Position numbers and translations under genes: made by a program. A stretch of 63,806 nt of DNA, the filler included, from Octopus bimaculoides (Eukaryota): NCBI RefSeq assembly GCF_001194135.2. It is 5 parts of 5 records of this genome, joined end to end, with 100 filler letters (N's around TTAATTAATTAA, not from the genome) between each part and the next. Parts side by side here need not be neighbours in the genome. Positions count along the whole stretch, not along the records: positions 39,946 to 60,535 come from NC_068984.1; positions 60,636 to 62,681 come from NC_069010.1; 3 more parts are not named here. The stretch is one strand, 5' to 3'. The notes beneath the pieces were generated by a model that was not told where the DNA came from, ran no database searches, and was given only the letters and a program-made list of their open reading frames with translations. Positions 46,659 to 60,948 of the stretch are shown here, one piece after another. How positions within the stretch are numbered: position 1 is the stretch's first letter; each line of letters opens with the position of its first letter.

Positions 46659-48596
46659 TATAATAAAATATTCGTAGGTAAAAACTAGGCTCCACAGATT
46701 TCGCAACATAAACAGGCAATTAATTGTAGAAGTTATACTCACAACACAACAGAATGCTAACAGAGATTCATCGATATTATACGTTATTACATTATGTGAT
46801 GGCATAAAAACGCACGGGCGTATTAGATGCATTCCCCAATATCAGCAGTGCATACTGGAAAAGAGAATCTTTAAAGTAGCAAAAAATGTCAAAAAGAATC
46901 AAATAGACATATAAAACCTGAGCTGAATATTTAAGTCATTTTTGGAAAAATAAAGGGTGTCTTGGCTTTCCACTAAGAAATAGTTTTCCCTCATAGCTGA
47001 AATGCTTCAGGTGTCAGTGCAGTAGCACAGTAGGAAGAATTTTGTATTTAACACAATAGTAATACCTGGGAACGATCACACATCGCGCAAGGTATCTCAA
47101 CCCCCGTAATGCATAAAACTAGATATTTCATCCATTAAGTTATAGCGATTTCTCAAATACTTCAATACTTGTTGTTAAATTCTTGTTGAAATTGCGATTC
47201 ATTTAGTAAAATTTCTTCTTGTCGCATTTCAAGTAATAAGAGAAGTGAAATTCTACACTTCACTTAGCGTTAAATGGTCTTGAGTTGCAGTAGAACTAGC
47301 AGTGTTCTTGAACAATCGTAGTTGTCATCGAAATTGCTCCGTGCATTGATAAACTGCAAGATTGCATTTGTATAATTCTAAAAGAGACATGTTTACCATA
47401 TCGGCATTGCCTTAACCTTGGCAATAAACTTATCGAGACCATGATTAATCACAAGGAAAATATATTACTGAAAGTTATGTCACACTTTGTGCGCGGAAAC
47501 ATTTACTTCACAAAACTGCAACGCTGGTTCGTTTCATAGCTGAAACGCAGAAACTCCTGCTAAGTAACGAAGGCTTTCGAAAACGGAATGAATATGAAAG
47601 CATCCAAATTTGTATTACTATTATTTTATGTGACAGGAACAACAGATAATATATAAGTGGTATACTATTGAAATTTAGTACGAAAGAAGAAGTTTAGACG
47701 TAAAGCATTTTGGAATGAAATATACGTTGAAGAAATACTAATAGAGATCGGGTTTCAATCTCGTTATTGTTATTTAGCTTAACATATTTGTCTATCACAA
47801 ATGGGTGCAAAAAGAGTTCTGTAGTTAAAAGGATACCTTAGTATCTACTTGGTCTGTGGTTCTATGTTAGTGCTCGGTGTTTTGGTCAAGATGATTATAC
47901 CACATTTAGTCCCAAATGGAACAAAGCTTTGTGAACACAATTTGGTAAAGAGGACTTTGAGGAAACCTTTAGAAACTATGCTTCTAGTTGGTGGAAAAAT
48001 ACTTCCTTTAATCCGTCACCAAGTTTAGTGGCGCCACCTTCCCTTGCGTGATTTTAGCGGAAATCATTCTATTGCAAGCATGAAAATTAGGCTTAAGTCT
48101 GAGTAAAAGTTTGTCTTTTCCTTACATCAGTTCCAGAGGCCCTGAAAAACAATTTAAGGCGCAACCCGTTCTTCTTTGAGGAAATCGTATAAAAAAACAC
48201 AAGAAAAAACGTGAATAATTCCTATTCAAACACAACAGACGCGACCTTTCTTTAAGGATGGCTGGAATAACTTAAGTCATGCGGTTGATTCTAATATGTT
48301 GAATAAAATCATAAGTAACTGATCTTCCTGTATTTTCTTTTACTCAAAGCTTATAACTTTTCAGTACCTCCTCGTATTTCACTATTTACCAGGTCTTTAA
48401 TGCCCTACCAAGTCAAACCGTAATGTCCATTTCGTTCCTGTTAACAACAGGGTCGCAAGTTAAATGATCTGGGATTAAAACTGCGTTTCATTCTCAGTGT
48501 GTGTCTATGCTAGTCGTGATTAACATATAATCTTTGATGAAGCACCAAGATTATTAAATAATTTCAGTGGGATAATGAAATGGCATACTGCGGTGG

Positions 48597-48639
<43 letters not shown>

Positions 48640-48854
48640 TCTTTTTTCTCAAATTCTTTTAGCAGGTTATTTGAACCTCTTTTGCTGGGAGCCTTTATCT
48701 TGATTTACATTTCTCACGAAATATCATTTCCTAACCCAAGTACAATGTCACACATTTATGAGAGGGAGCAATCGAATGTATTTATCCCTGTATTTGGTTC
48801 GTATTAAGATACAAAATATTGATAGACCATAGCTAGTGTCTTTTCTTCTGATTT

Positions 48855-49058
48855 CTCTTCTACTTGTTTTAGTCATTAGACTGCGGCTATGCTGTGGCAC
48901 CATCTTGAAGAAATTTTAGTCGAATGTATCGGCCCCAGGACTTAATTTCTTTAAGCCTGCTACTTATTCTATCCGTTTCTGTTGCCGAACCGCTAAAGTA
49001 CGGACACGTACACATGCCAGCACCAGTTGCCAAGCGGTGATGGGGGACAATGACAAAC
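48855..49058 (-). mobile_element. Family A SINE 3' half running into a gap
   Basis: Matches 14-238. Confidence 0.85.
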
Positions 49059-49719
49059 TNNNNNNNNNNNNNNNNNNNNNNNNNNNNNNNNNNNNNNNNN
49101 NNNNNNNNNNNNNNNNNNNNNNNNNNNNNNNNNNNNNNNNNNNNNNNNNNNNNNNNNNNNNNNNNNNNNNNNNNNNNNNNNNNNNNNNNNNNNNNNNNNN
49201 NNNNNNNNNNNNNNNNNNNNNNNNNNNNNNNNNNNNNNNNNNNNNNNNNNNNNNNNNNNNNNNNNNNNNNNNNNNNNNNNNNNNNNNNNNNNNNNNNNNN
49301 NNNNNNNNNNNNNNNNNNNNNNNNNNNNNNNNNNNNNNNNNNNNNNNNNNNNNNNNNNNNNNNNNNNNNNNNNNNNNNNNNNNNNNNNNNNNNNNNNNNN
49401 NNNNNNNNNNNNNNNNNNNNNNNNNNNNNNNNNNNNNNNNNNNNNNNNNNNNNNNNNNNNNNNNNNNNNNNNNNNNNNNNNNNNNNNNNNNNNNNNNNNN
49501 NNNNNNNNNNNNNNNNNNNNNNNNNNNNNNNNNNNNNNNNNNNNNNNNNNNNNNNNNNNNNNNNNNNNNNNNNNNNNNNNNNNNNNNNNNNNNNNNNNNN
49601 NNNNNNNNNNNNNNNNNNNNNNNNNNNNNNNNNNNNNNNNNNNNNNNNNNNNNNNNNNNNNNNNNNNNNNNNNNNNNNNNNNNNNNNNNNNNNNNNNNNN
49701 NNNNNNNNNNNNNNNNNNN

Positions 49720-49767
<48 letters not shown>

Positions 49768-51122
49768 GCGCGCACATACATACATAATACATGCATATAT
49801 ATGTTTGTATGTAAAAAATAATCGCAGTAAAGTGAATTCGAACGGACAGCCATGTTGAAGTGGTTATGTACATTACTTGTTAGTACAACTAGAGAGTTTT
49901 TGAACTAGCAGTTTTGCCTGTATATATATAAATTTGTGAAATAATTGTAGGTATATTTTGCAATGTAATAAATGATTTAGTAAACTGTGAAATTAGATAT
50001 ATCTCTGTGTGAGTAAATGTATATGAGTGAAATTTTAACGGACATACATGTACAAGTTGGGCTGCCTGACATCGTGTGGGGAAGCCTCGATAATTCGAAT
50101 CAACGTTCGGATTTCATTCGCAGTGAAAGATATTTAACAACGCTTAAGTCGCTCACAAAATTGAGAAAGACATGAACTTCCACAAATCCTATTTTCTCTC
50201 TTCTCTAATTCCTAGATCTAGAAGTGTTGTAGGAAATCAATAATCTGACAGAACCATTCTCGAAAAAATTATTTATCCAACGCTGTCATTATTTTTATTT
50301 ATTTATTATTATATTTTTTACCTGTTTTTAAGTTACCATACATTTATTCATTCACGTTATTTTATGATCTTTTCCTTCTTAATTTTCGCTTTTCTCATTA
50401 TAATGTCCCTTTGTTTGGCAATTTTATTTTTCGATTCTTTCACAAACTCCACACGTTTCTCATTTTTCTTTTCTTTTCAGTTTTCTCCTTCCGTGTCAAA
50501 GCCATAAGAGATAAAAAAAACCTCCCCCAAAACACAAAAAAAAAACCCAGCAGAAAATAACGAGCGTTATAAAATCACATACTTTATCTTTTGATATTTT
50601 CCTCGACGTTTTTTAAAAATATTTTTATGTTCTTTTAATAACTGCACATTTTCCTTCTCTCCTNNNNNNNNNNNNNNNNNNNNNNNNNNNNNNNNNNNNN
50701 NNNNNNNNNNNNNNNNNNNNNNNNNNNNNNNNNNNNNNNNNNNNNNNNNNNNNNNNNNNNNNNNNNNNNNNNNNNNNNNNNNNNNNNNNNNNNNNNNNNN
50801 NNNNNNNNNNNNNNNNNNNNNNNNNNNNNNNNNNNNNNNNNNNNNNNNNNNNNNNNNNNNNNNNNNNNNNNNNNNNNNNNNNNNNNNNNNNNNNNNNNNN
50901 NNNNNNNNNNNNNNNNNNNNNNNNNNNNNNNNNNNNNNNNNNNNNNNNNNNNNNNNNNNNNNNNNNNNNNNNNNNNNNNNNNNNNNNNNNNNNNNNNNNN
51001 NNNNNNNNNNNNNNNNNNNNNNNNNNNNNNNNNNNNNNNNNNNNNNNNNNNNNNNNNNNNNNNNNNNNNNNNNNNNNNNNNNNNNNNNNNNNNNNNNNNN
51101 NNNNNNNNNNNNNNNNNNNNNN

Positions 51123-51172
<50 letters not shown>

Positions 51173-51524
51173 GTATATGTATATGTATATATATGGCAGA
51201 AGTGTCCTAATATCATAATTCATAAAAGACTAGGGATGTTATGTACATTTCATCTACATATGAATTTGAAGTGTCATCTCCATCGCACTGTATGTTCTTT
51301 GGTCGGTGCTGGAGCGTGGTTTGCGATCTTTTGTGTTCCAGCATTCAGCTTATTTTAACCACTTGACGACATTCAAATCTCGGAACGCCTAACGCACGCG
51401 CTCAAACAAACATACACATGCACATAGCTATACAAACGTGCAACTATATTTATAAATATATGCGTGTGAATGTGTGTGTGTGTGACGGGGGGGGATGCGC
51501 GTGTATGTTATGTACACTCGTATA

Positions 51525-51890
51525 GGCGTAGACATGGCAGTACAGATTAGAAATATACAGTTTCAAACCCACTGTACGGCACTTTGTGTAAATTGACCTC
51601 TACTATAATCTGGGCCGTCCAAGTGTATATTGTAAATGGAAACTACTGACTCCTGCACGTTTATACTCTTTACTCTCTTACTCTTTTACTTGTTTCAGTC
51701 ATTTGACTGCGGCCATGCTGGAGCACCGCCTTTTAGTCGAGCAAATCAACCCCAGGACTTATTCTTTGGAAGCCTAGTGCTTATTCTACCGGTCTGTTTT
51801 GCTGAACCGCTAGGTTACGGGGACGGAAACACACCAGCATCGGTTGTCAAGCGATATTGGGGGGACAAACACAGACACACAAACATAGAG
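51525..51890. mobile_element. Degenerate family A head (+, 51525-51640) abutting a family A tail (-, 51662-51890)
   Basis: The tail is near-consensus. The head is recognisable by CCCACTGTACGGCACTTTG..CTACTATAATCTGGGCCG. Confidence 0.75.
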
Positions 51891-52049
51891 ATGTAGAGGC
51901 AGAGGGACAAAACAATTAAGGAGGGGCGAGAAAAAATGACAGGGACACAGTGAAATGAAAAGTGGAGGGAGAAGAGAATGCAAGGAAATGTGAGCGAGGG
52001 GGAACGAAAGAACGAATCAGCCCCTTCACACTTATTCGTTCATTCCACT

Positions 52050-52870
52050 GTTCGTATAATAGGCAGTATAAATGTACGCGGCTTGGCGTCGCCTTGGAAA
52101 CTAGGCTACAACATCTGCATATCATAGCCATGAATGAGACTAGACTCAACAGCCCGCGGGCAGTCCAACACGTGTTCGGCGGACATTTCGACATTTATTT
52201 CTCTCCATGTTTGCCGAGAATGGGCGGAGGTGGCACCGCGGTGATTCTTCGGAACATTTTGGACCTCAAAGTAAGAGCAATTTTCCTAGGGTAGGCTGGT
52301 CGTCTTGGATGTCGAGGGCAGCAATGGATGTGCTTTTCGACTGATAACAGTTTATGCACTGTCCTCAACAGGCCGGCCAGATTTCGTTCGACGTCTAGAG
52401 TTTTTCTTGGGTACGTTTCAACCTTTACTTTTAGTGGGGGATTAGAACGCTACCCTGGACACGCATCTAGACTACATGGGGAGAGATAGTAATAGGAGAG
52501 GGTGAAAATGCCTCAAAAACTTGCTTAGAGTTTTCCAACTGTCTAACAGGTACCGACTGGAACATCTGAATGTGCCAATGGGGGCATGGAGTAACTGCAG
52601 CGGGTCGTCCAGATCGTATTTAGATAGAGTATTCTGTAGGACAGTGGATAAGGATAGTGTAGCTTGTCCACAATTCCATATTGTCAGCGACACAGACCAC
52701 AAATTTGTGACTTGTACACTTGACTTAGATAAGACACATAGACAGGATCCCGGTTACTGGAAGCTGGACGCGACGTTCACCGCACGCCAGGCTTACAAGA
52801 ACCGGATTAGCACATTAGTTAAGAGAGCATTGATGGGTGCCATCATCAACAACAGATGGTGGTATGCTAA
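52050..52870 (+). mobile_element. Tx1/L1-like ORF2 APE endonuclease remnant
   Basis: IGSINVRGL; AMNETRL; GGTAVIL; LLLVGD*NATLD; SYLDRVF; SDTDHKFV; PGYWKLD. Confidence 0.9.
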
Positions 52871-54299
52871 TCTTGCTTTCTACATTTTTAAAATTCTTCT
52901 GTGATACACGATCCCTTCTGATGGTTTTTACTCCCCCGATCCCTTTTGATCGGTATCTTACATTTTCTTCTCATTTTCCCCCCTTTTCTTTTATATTTTC
53001 GAAAAGAAAAGCTCTACATTTGTATTCGTGGCCTCTGTGTTCAGCCCCGTGTGGTCAATAAAGAAAGTTATCTGTCTGTCTGCCTGTCTGTCTGTTTGCC
53101 TGTGTGCCTGTCTATCTATCTGTCTGTCTGTTTGTCCATCTCTCTCTCTCTCTCTGTTAATTCAGCAAACTGAAGTCATGGCTGAGAGTTATGTATATGC
53201 ATTTTCTTATAATCATTCAGATAACAGCTTCATTTATATATTGAGAGAAGGATACTTAGACATTCTTTGTGCAAGCTGTGACCATTTTCCGTTATAGTCT
53301 TAAGCGGGCTTTAGTTATTTGAAGAGAATTTGTTTTATAAAATTCATGAAGTGTCTTACTTTCGATCAGAGACGGAAATCTTATTCCTTCAGTTACATAC
53401 GTAATCTCATTGGAAGCAATAACGTGTATTACAAATTCTAAACTTCCCAGTCCGGCTGTGATATGTGATTCATATTTTGAATGTCCAAAAGAAACAAGAA
53501 ATATATACCAGCAAGTATAAAATTTAAAATGCTGCTGGTGCTGTTGATAAAATTAAGAACAACGTGTTGTTGTTCGTCTTGTTGAGCCGCAGAAAGGCCT
53601 GATTGAGTATGGGCATGATCAAAGGTTATCCAGCCGCTGCAGTCTTTGATTCGACTTGCTTTTCAATACAGTATATCAAGTATTATGCCACCCCATCCAA
53701 TCGTCATTCTTTAATCTAATTTAAGAAGATGTACGTACTATATCTAGCAGATCGCGTGATCATTTACAGTAATTTTTGTTGCCCAAAATATATTATTTCA
53801 AAGATATTCTTTGCACTCAATCTCAATATATATTAGTGTTATGTATATGCCTTTTTTTATAATTATTCAGACAACTTTTAATTTTCGTATTGACAAATAC
53901 CTAGCTAAACTTTGTCCAGGCTGTGGCTCCCTTCTGTAAACTTTCTGTGAATTATCAGGTCGACGTGTACGTCAGTAATGTATGTCACATAGCTTTTGTT
54001 GAAGGTATACGATGCCTATCACAAGTTGAAGGCTATGCTGTACACGCTAGCACGTGATTTTTCCGTATGACTTTTTCCTGTCATCTCTAAATCAAAAGAC
54101 ATTCCAGATTTTGAGTGTTAGATACGCCACACTGACAGTTATCAAAATTACATCCAGGTCCACGAGTGTCTTTAACAGAAATATCACAGTATTGCAAACA
54201 TGATGCTACACTTCAAACTGGGGATTATCTTGATTTCACGGGGTACCGACCCATTCTGCAGTCTCCTTCGCATAAAAGAAATAGTACTAAGCCAAGCAA

Positions 54300-55660
54300 A
54301 CAATTCTTTTGTTTCTTCTTTATCATCCGTGGTCTTCGATCCAAACTTGTACCCCACACAACACCTCTTACTCAGAAGCAAGCTTTTCTCCCTTACTTTC
54401 TTACAAGTTGTCGACAATACAATAAGCATTCAAATTTCATTGAAGATGATAATGTCGGAGCATATATATATTATGATCCCTCTACCGCTAACCTCTTTTA
54501 CTTAGATATTAGCAACAACCTCCAGCTACTATGGCCCAAACGCTTCTTCATCCACTTATCTAAATATATAGGGTTTCTCTACGTTTCTCCTTTAACGTCT
54601 AGCAATTTTTCGATCGTATCTTTTTCGTCTTTCATCCCCAGAGATGAGCTACACGCCACCTCACAAGCGCTGCAGAAATTCTTAAAAAAATATCAACAAT
54701 GGAGAGGTGTACAGACACGTGTAGACATTTCTGATATCACAAGTTCAAGTTGGTTTTAATGTGGTAGCATGTAGCAAACAAGCTCTCCCATACAGAAGTT
54801 GAGAAGATACTGTTCTTCTCTGACACACCATAACACTTGAAGCTGATCACGACCTCTATCTCGAAGACTATACTGCTACAACCCTAAGTTCCATAAAAAC
54901 CATTCCTTCTCCCACAGAATGTTACTACTCCAGCTGCTTCGAGAAGAATTTGAACACTGTCCTTCTCTTCAGACCACAACCCGTTATAAAGGCCGCGACA
55001 ATGTTATCTTTATTACTTTTCAGAAATCCGTAAGAAAGACCACATGACCTATTGTGCCCCATCAAATTTTTAAGATGGCTGAATATAATTTCAGAAAACA
55101 TTTACCATTATTTCTAGCAGATAAAGAAACTAATTTAAGACTTCTCCTTTGAGGTATGTTTTACTTTCATGACCGATTTTAAAGCAGTCTTACATCTCAA
55201 ACGCTACTCCATAGTGTACTTTTATCACCAGATTCCTCTCGCACAAGAATTTTCAATATCCTCCTCTTCTCGCCATGCCTCTCCTTTCTTAGACCATACA
55301 AATACACACATGAATACACACATCTCACCTCTCCCAACACAGAAACACACAAAGAAACACAAATCATGCAATTCTTTCCTTCGCGTTTCCCGTCTCGTTG
55401 AAATTTCTATAGTTTTTCTCCTTTGACAGTTTACGAGGCCTATTTGGAAATGTGCCTAATTCGGTTTGGCCTTACTTGATTCACTGCTATGTTTTCCATT
55501 TTTATTCTGAGATGTTCAACTTACTGCTGCTGCTTCTATCTCCTCCATCCAAGCCTCATTTGCATTGTAAGGTCATTACTGTTATACTCTCTTGGCTACG
55601 CACATCGTTTTTCACCCGGCAAATTCCCATGAATCAATCCTACCTTTCTTACAATTCGAA
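54300..55660 (+). mobile_element. Degenerate CR1-group LINE ORF2 5' region (APE domain)
   Basis: IIRGLRSKL (NIRGL-like); LWPK..SKYIGFLYVSP; VGFNV (GDFN-like); SSDHNPL (SDH). Heavily frameshifted; the 3' boundary is uncertain. Confidence 0.6.
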
Positions 55661-55719
55661 GCAACTTCTTCGTTTTATCACACAAACACACCCACACACA
55701 TTCCCAAACACACACGAGT

Positions 55720-56500
<781 letters not shown>

Positions 56501-58089
56501 TATATTTAACTTTATATAGTTAACAATCAAAGACCATTAAATATTGCTGTAATATCTGTGCAATGAAGGAGACAACTTCAATAGAGTCATGTCATATAAG
56601 AAGGATAACATTCATAGTCTTCAATAGGAAGTAATTCGTAAAAGACCTGTTGAAATTCCATATATTGGCGTCACTTCATTTATGTTGGTATTATTTACAC
56701 TAGAAGCAGTATAACGTATGAAAAGGCTGGTATTATATACTTAATATAAATAGAATCGTCACAGAATTTTTAAAAAGTGTTTTCCTAAATCTTTTTGTGC
56801 AACTCTGAGTCCAAATCTAATATATATATATTCTGAATAATTTATATTTTACTTTCGTATCCCGCACAAAATTCAATTAACGTGTTGTAAAGGTGTGACA
56901 TTATAGAATCTCACAATACTTACATTGACAATATTCCAAATTTGAGGCACTCAAGACATTGGTTCACAATTGCTGCAATCAACGTATTATATATCATATG
57001 TGACTTTCAGAACATTCCTTTGAATAAAGAAAATGAATATTACAGAAGATATCTCTCTTTGACTTATCTTTCTTTTCTTGCTATCTTTTCAATAGAAAGA
57101 AAAAGAAAAAGGTTTTTAGTACATCCCCTCTTGATGAGTTTTGTACTTTGGTTCAGTCAGTAAAAATATATTTCGCGTAATACACCAATGTATAGCGCTC
57201 ACTAAATGTCACTATTGTGAAAGAACAGACAAGGATCATAAACATAACATAAAACCGGCAGAATTATTCTTTTAATATGGCTGCCGTTTTCGAACGTTCA
57301 GACCGAATGTTAAGTTAATTAAGAAAAGTTTGATATTTTGCTTTCACGCTTTCGATTGCTAAAAAGAGGTACTGAAAGAAAGAGATAGAGACATATAGAT
57401 ATATAGATATGTATGTGGGTTTGTGCATAACTTTTTCAGTAAAGTTGTTCATTCTGGCAGTTTGCGGTTATTACATGATCTAATCCCTTGTATATACACG
57501 AAATATATTGTAAACATTTCCACACCAGAGTATACTGAGCTTTGAAGATATTTATGTTTCAAAAATCATGCAGATATATACATACACGCAACATAATATA
57601 CAGGAACCTCTAATAAACAAATCACAAACAATGTTTATAACAATTCATGCATATATCATACATATTCTTTTGAATTTCCCGTATTCAATAAATGTATAAC
57701 CTAAAATGTATTTGCTGCAACAAAGATCAAACTAATGTTTGGGCCATTTGATTGGACACTAGATGAAATCAATTTTATTTTTGCTTAAATTCAAATTTTT
57801 TTAACCCACATCAAGAATTTCGAGATGATCAGTGGGTATAAATCCCATCCATCTGCTTAGAACGAAAACAAGATGGCGGATGCTTAGCGTTGGTTCAGAT
57901 TTGAATGTCATGAATTCTCTTCGACAATATTTTCTAATCCCCAATCATTGATATCCTGAGCTGGATTAGGTCAACCTATGTTAAGCTTCTTTAAAATATT
58001 TCCTGACTAAAGACCCAGAGACATTAAACAACTCACCCGCAACAGCTCACCAGAAGAGAGTTACATGCATACAAGCAAAATACCATGCA

Positions 58090-58850
58090 TAGCTCTATCC
58101 TCTGAGGATTTCAAAGTAACAGCAACATTGACAAACAAAGTAGTGTATCCTGAAGTAACGAACAGAAGATTTTGAAGGATATGCTTTCATGATACCGAAG
58201 TTTAGAAATAGGTACTAAAGGTGGGATGCATAAAAGGGATAGGGTGCATATAAAGCTCGTGGGTACGCCAACCGACGCAAGTTCTGTGGAATTAGCACTG
58301 AGGATGCCACCCACGTAATAAGCAGCTGTTCGAAAATATCCTTTCAGAGTTATCCACCTATAGGATATGACATTGAGGGTAGAACACGAAGCGATGAAAA
58401 CTACAGAAGATACAAATGTAAGACACTACAGTGGTATGGAGGGCATAACCTCTCATTATTCATAAGAATATCAGTGGAATTTCCCTATCAACACTTCAAT
58501 AAATCTCTAGCACAACAGATCAGTATAAAGGTCATGGATGAAAAAAAAAAAATGCTATGCGCAATAATGGTACCCGTAGCACAGCAGATGCCAACATAAT
58601 GTTAGAAGTTAATAGTAAAGGGAAAATCTATGCAGAAATGGTGAAAAATCTGCTGTTACTCAATCTGTATTATAACATAAAATTTCTATTAAAAAAATTA
58701 TCGGAGCACAAGGCTACATGACAAATTGCCTCGGTGCCAATCTTTGGATGGTTGAGATACACAAAAACAGAAAGAATACGCTTACGTAGACGACTGTAGA
58801 TACAAGTTATTAGATGTATTGTCAGGATATGTAAAATATTCAAGAAGATA
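58090..58850 (+). mobile_element. Degenerate R4-like Zn knuckle + RLE
   Basis: FEGYAF; KFCGISTEDATHVISSCSKIS; WNFPINTS; KGKIYAEMVKNL; IIGAQGY. Confidence 0.7.
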
Positions 58851-59185
58851 ATATGTAATTAGATCCACGGATGCAATGCCATTCATATATTACATATATA
58901 TATACGTGCACATACATACACGTATATACAAGTGCATATGGCTATATATACACATGCAGACAGGCGCATAGACATATACGTGCATACACGCATATATACA
59001 TCTATTCTGTATTGTCTATATTCCACAGAATCTAGTTTCTAGACGAGAAACTGGCTCTTTCTCCGTTGATGGAAAATGAGAAAACATAAACCAGTGAAAC
59101 ATACAAGAATCCATCCATCCATCCATCCTTCCATCCATCCATTCACAAACGCTTTAGTTATACATTTTTTCTCTAAATTTATTCT

Positions 59186-59418
59186 TATTTCTATATTACC
59201 CACAAGGAGCTAAACATAGAGGGGACAAACAAGGACAGACAAAGGTATGAAGTTGATTACATCGACTCCAGTGCGAAACTGGTACATAATTTATCGACCC
59301 CGAAATAATGAAAGGCAAAGTCGACCTCGCCGGAATTTAAACTCAGAACGTAACGGCAGACGAAATACCGCTAAGCTTTTCACCCGGCGCGCCAACGTTT
59401 CTGCCAGCTCGGCGCCTT
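59186..59418 (-). mobile_element. Family B SINE with alternative 3' tail
   Basis: The head and core match 9256-9468, but the tail differs (GTTTGTCCCCTCTATGTTTAGCTCCTTGTGGG). A flanking direct repeat TTTCTCTAAATTYATTCT lies at 59168 and 59431. Confidence 0.85.
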
Positions 59419-59869
59419 GATTTCTATAAATTTCTCTAAATTCATTCTACCACAAAAATACCCTCACCTTTAATTCCTACGCTTGGAACTCATTTTAACC
59501 TCTTTTGTTTCTCTATCTATGCCCCATTTATTTGATGACCATAATATGCTTAGCTACCTCTGTCCTTCTTTCTGGTTACCACCTCTTGTCTATCTCTCAT
59601 TATCTTACTAGCAACTTTAATATATATAATATAAAGATAGGAGCTACAAGTAATTTCTTGTATTGAGATGCGCGTCTTGGCAGGATTTTATGACACCCCT
59701 TGTTTCCCCGAACAATCGTGAGGTTTAGCAGCTCATATCTTGACACTCTGTACATTAAATGATATTTATCACTTACTGGATGAGGCACATTTTTTTCTTA
59801 ATCGTATCTTAACAGAAAATTAAACTATATATATATATGAAAAAGAAAGGGTAAACAGAGAAGGCAGGG

Positions 59870-60365
59870 CGGTGGAAAATATAAAATGAAACCCTAAGAC
59901 CTTCGCAAAAGAGTCTACCACAGTGCGATACAGGATAGGTTCACTGTCTGATGAAAAGGGCTCAGTAACTGCAGACCCCAAGAAGATACGTGAAGTACTC
60001 AATAAACAATTCCAAAGTTTTTTCACCTCCCCACTAGAAAACATGAAAATAAGGAGACCTGATGAGTCCTTCAACACCTCTAACCTACAAGAGGAAAGCT
60101 GGCCATGAATTACATTGATATTACAGAAGAGGATGTATTGTCGGCCATTGACGAGATAAACCGAAACTCTGCAACAAGCCCCAACTATTCCGTTAAAAAC
60201 ATGCAAGAAAGCTCTTGTAAAACCACTGCAAATGCTTTTACAGAGTTCCCTTGAATGGGGCACATTTCCTCAAACATTCAAAGAAGGAATAATCTGATCT
60301 GTCCACAAAGGAGGAAGCGGAGCTCATGCTAAAACTACAGACCCATCTCTCTGGCCTCACATGTC
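59870..60365 (+). mobile_element. CR1/L2-group LINE ORF2 remnant (pre-RT and RT start)
   Basis: IGSLSDEKGSVTADPKKIREVLNKQFQSFF; ITEEDVLSAIDEI; KPLQMLLQSSLEWGTFP..VHKGG..KNYRPISL. Confidence 0.85.
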
Positions 60366-60635
60366 AGCAAGAACATGGAACGCGGTGCATCAACATGGCC
60401 GCAGCTCTGAGCAGAAACTACATGAAGAAAAAAATAGGTACATACATATATGTACAAACACCCACACGCGCGCGCGCGCACACACACACACGCACACACA
60501 CACACACACACACGCACACACACACACACACACACNNNNNNNNNNNNNNNNNNNNNNNNNNNNNNNNNNNNNNNNNNNNTTAATTAATTAANNNNNNNNN
60601 NNNNNNNNNNNNNNNNNNNNNNNNNNNNNNNNNNN

Positions 60636-60710
60636 AAAAGTGGTGCTGCAGTATGGCCGCAGTCAAATGACTGAAACAAGTAAAAGAGTGGAAGAGTAAA
60701 AGAGAATATA
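60636..60710 (+). mobile_element. Family A SINE 3' end
   Basis: GCAGTATGGCCGCAGTCAAATGACTGAAACAAGTAAAAGAGT. Confidence 0.85.
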
Positions 60711-60789
60711 CAGAATAACAAAAAAAAAAAAAACATGCAAACTGGTGTTTAAAGCTGGAGGCTGCTGCTCCAGTCGGGTCGTTACCTAC

Positions 60790-60902
60790 CTGAAACTAAA
60801 CCTTGCAATGACGAGGAAGAGCAAGGAGAGGACCATGGTGCCAATGGAAATATAGTATCTGAAATCTTCTGTTAATATATTCCAGAAGGTTCTTAAGGGA
60901 AT
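60790..60902 (-). CDS. Candidate internal exon (113 nt) of an unidentified gene
   Basis: Strong acceptor CTCATCTCTTTTCTTTGCAG and donor CAG|GTAGGT. The phase-0 frame is open: IPLRTFWNILTEDFRYYISIGTMVLSLLFLVIARFSF, which includes a hydrophobic stretch. Confidence 0.35.
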
Positions 60903-60948
60903 CTGCAAAGAAAAGAGATGAGGTCGACTTAGTACAGTAATTGAGGAT

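Noticed and set aside
54166-54759. 197-aa ORF, the longest gap-free ORF, as a novel gene
   Set aside because: It contains frameshifted pieces of a CR1-group APE endonuclease (IRGLRS, YVSP, and downstream GFNV and SDH), so it is best explained as a decayed LINE.
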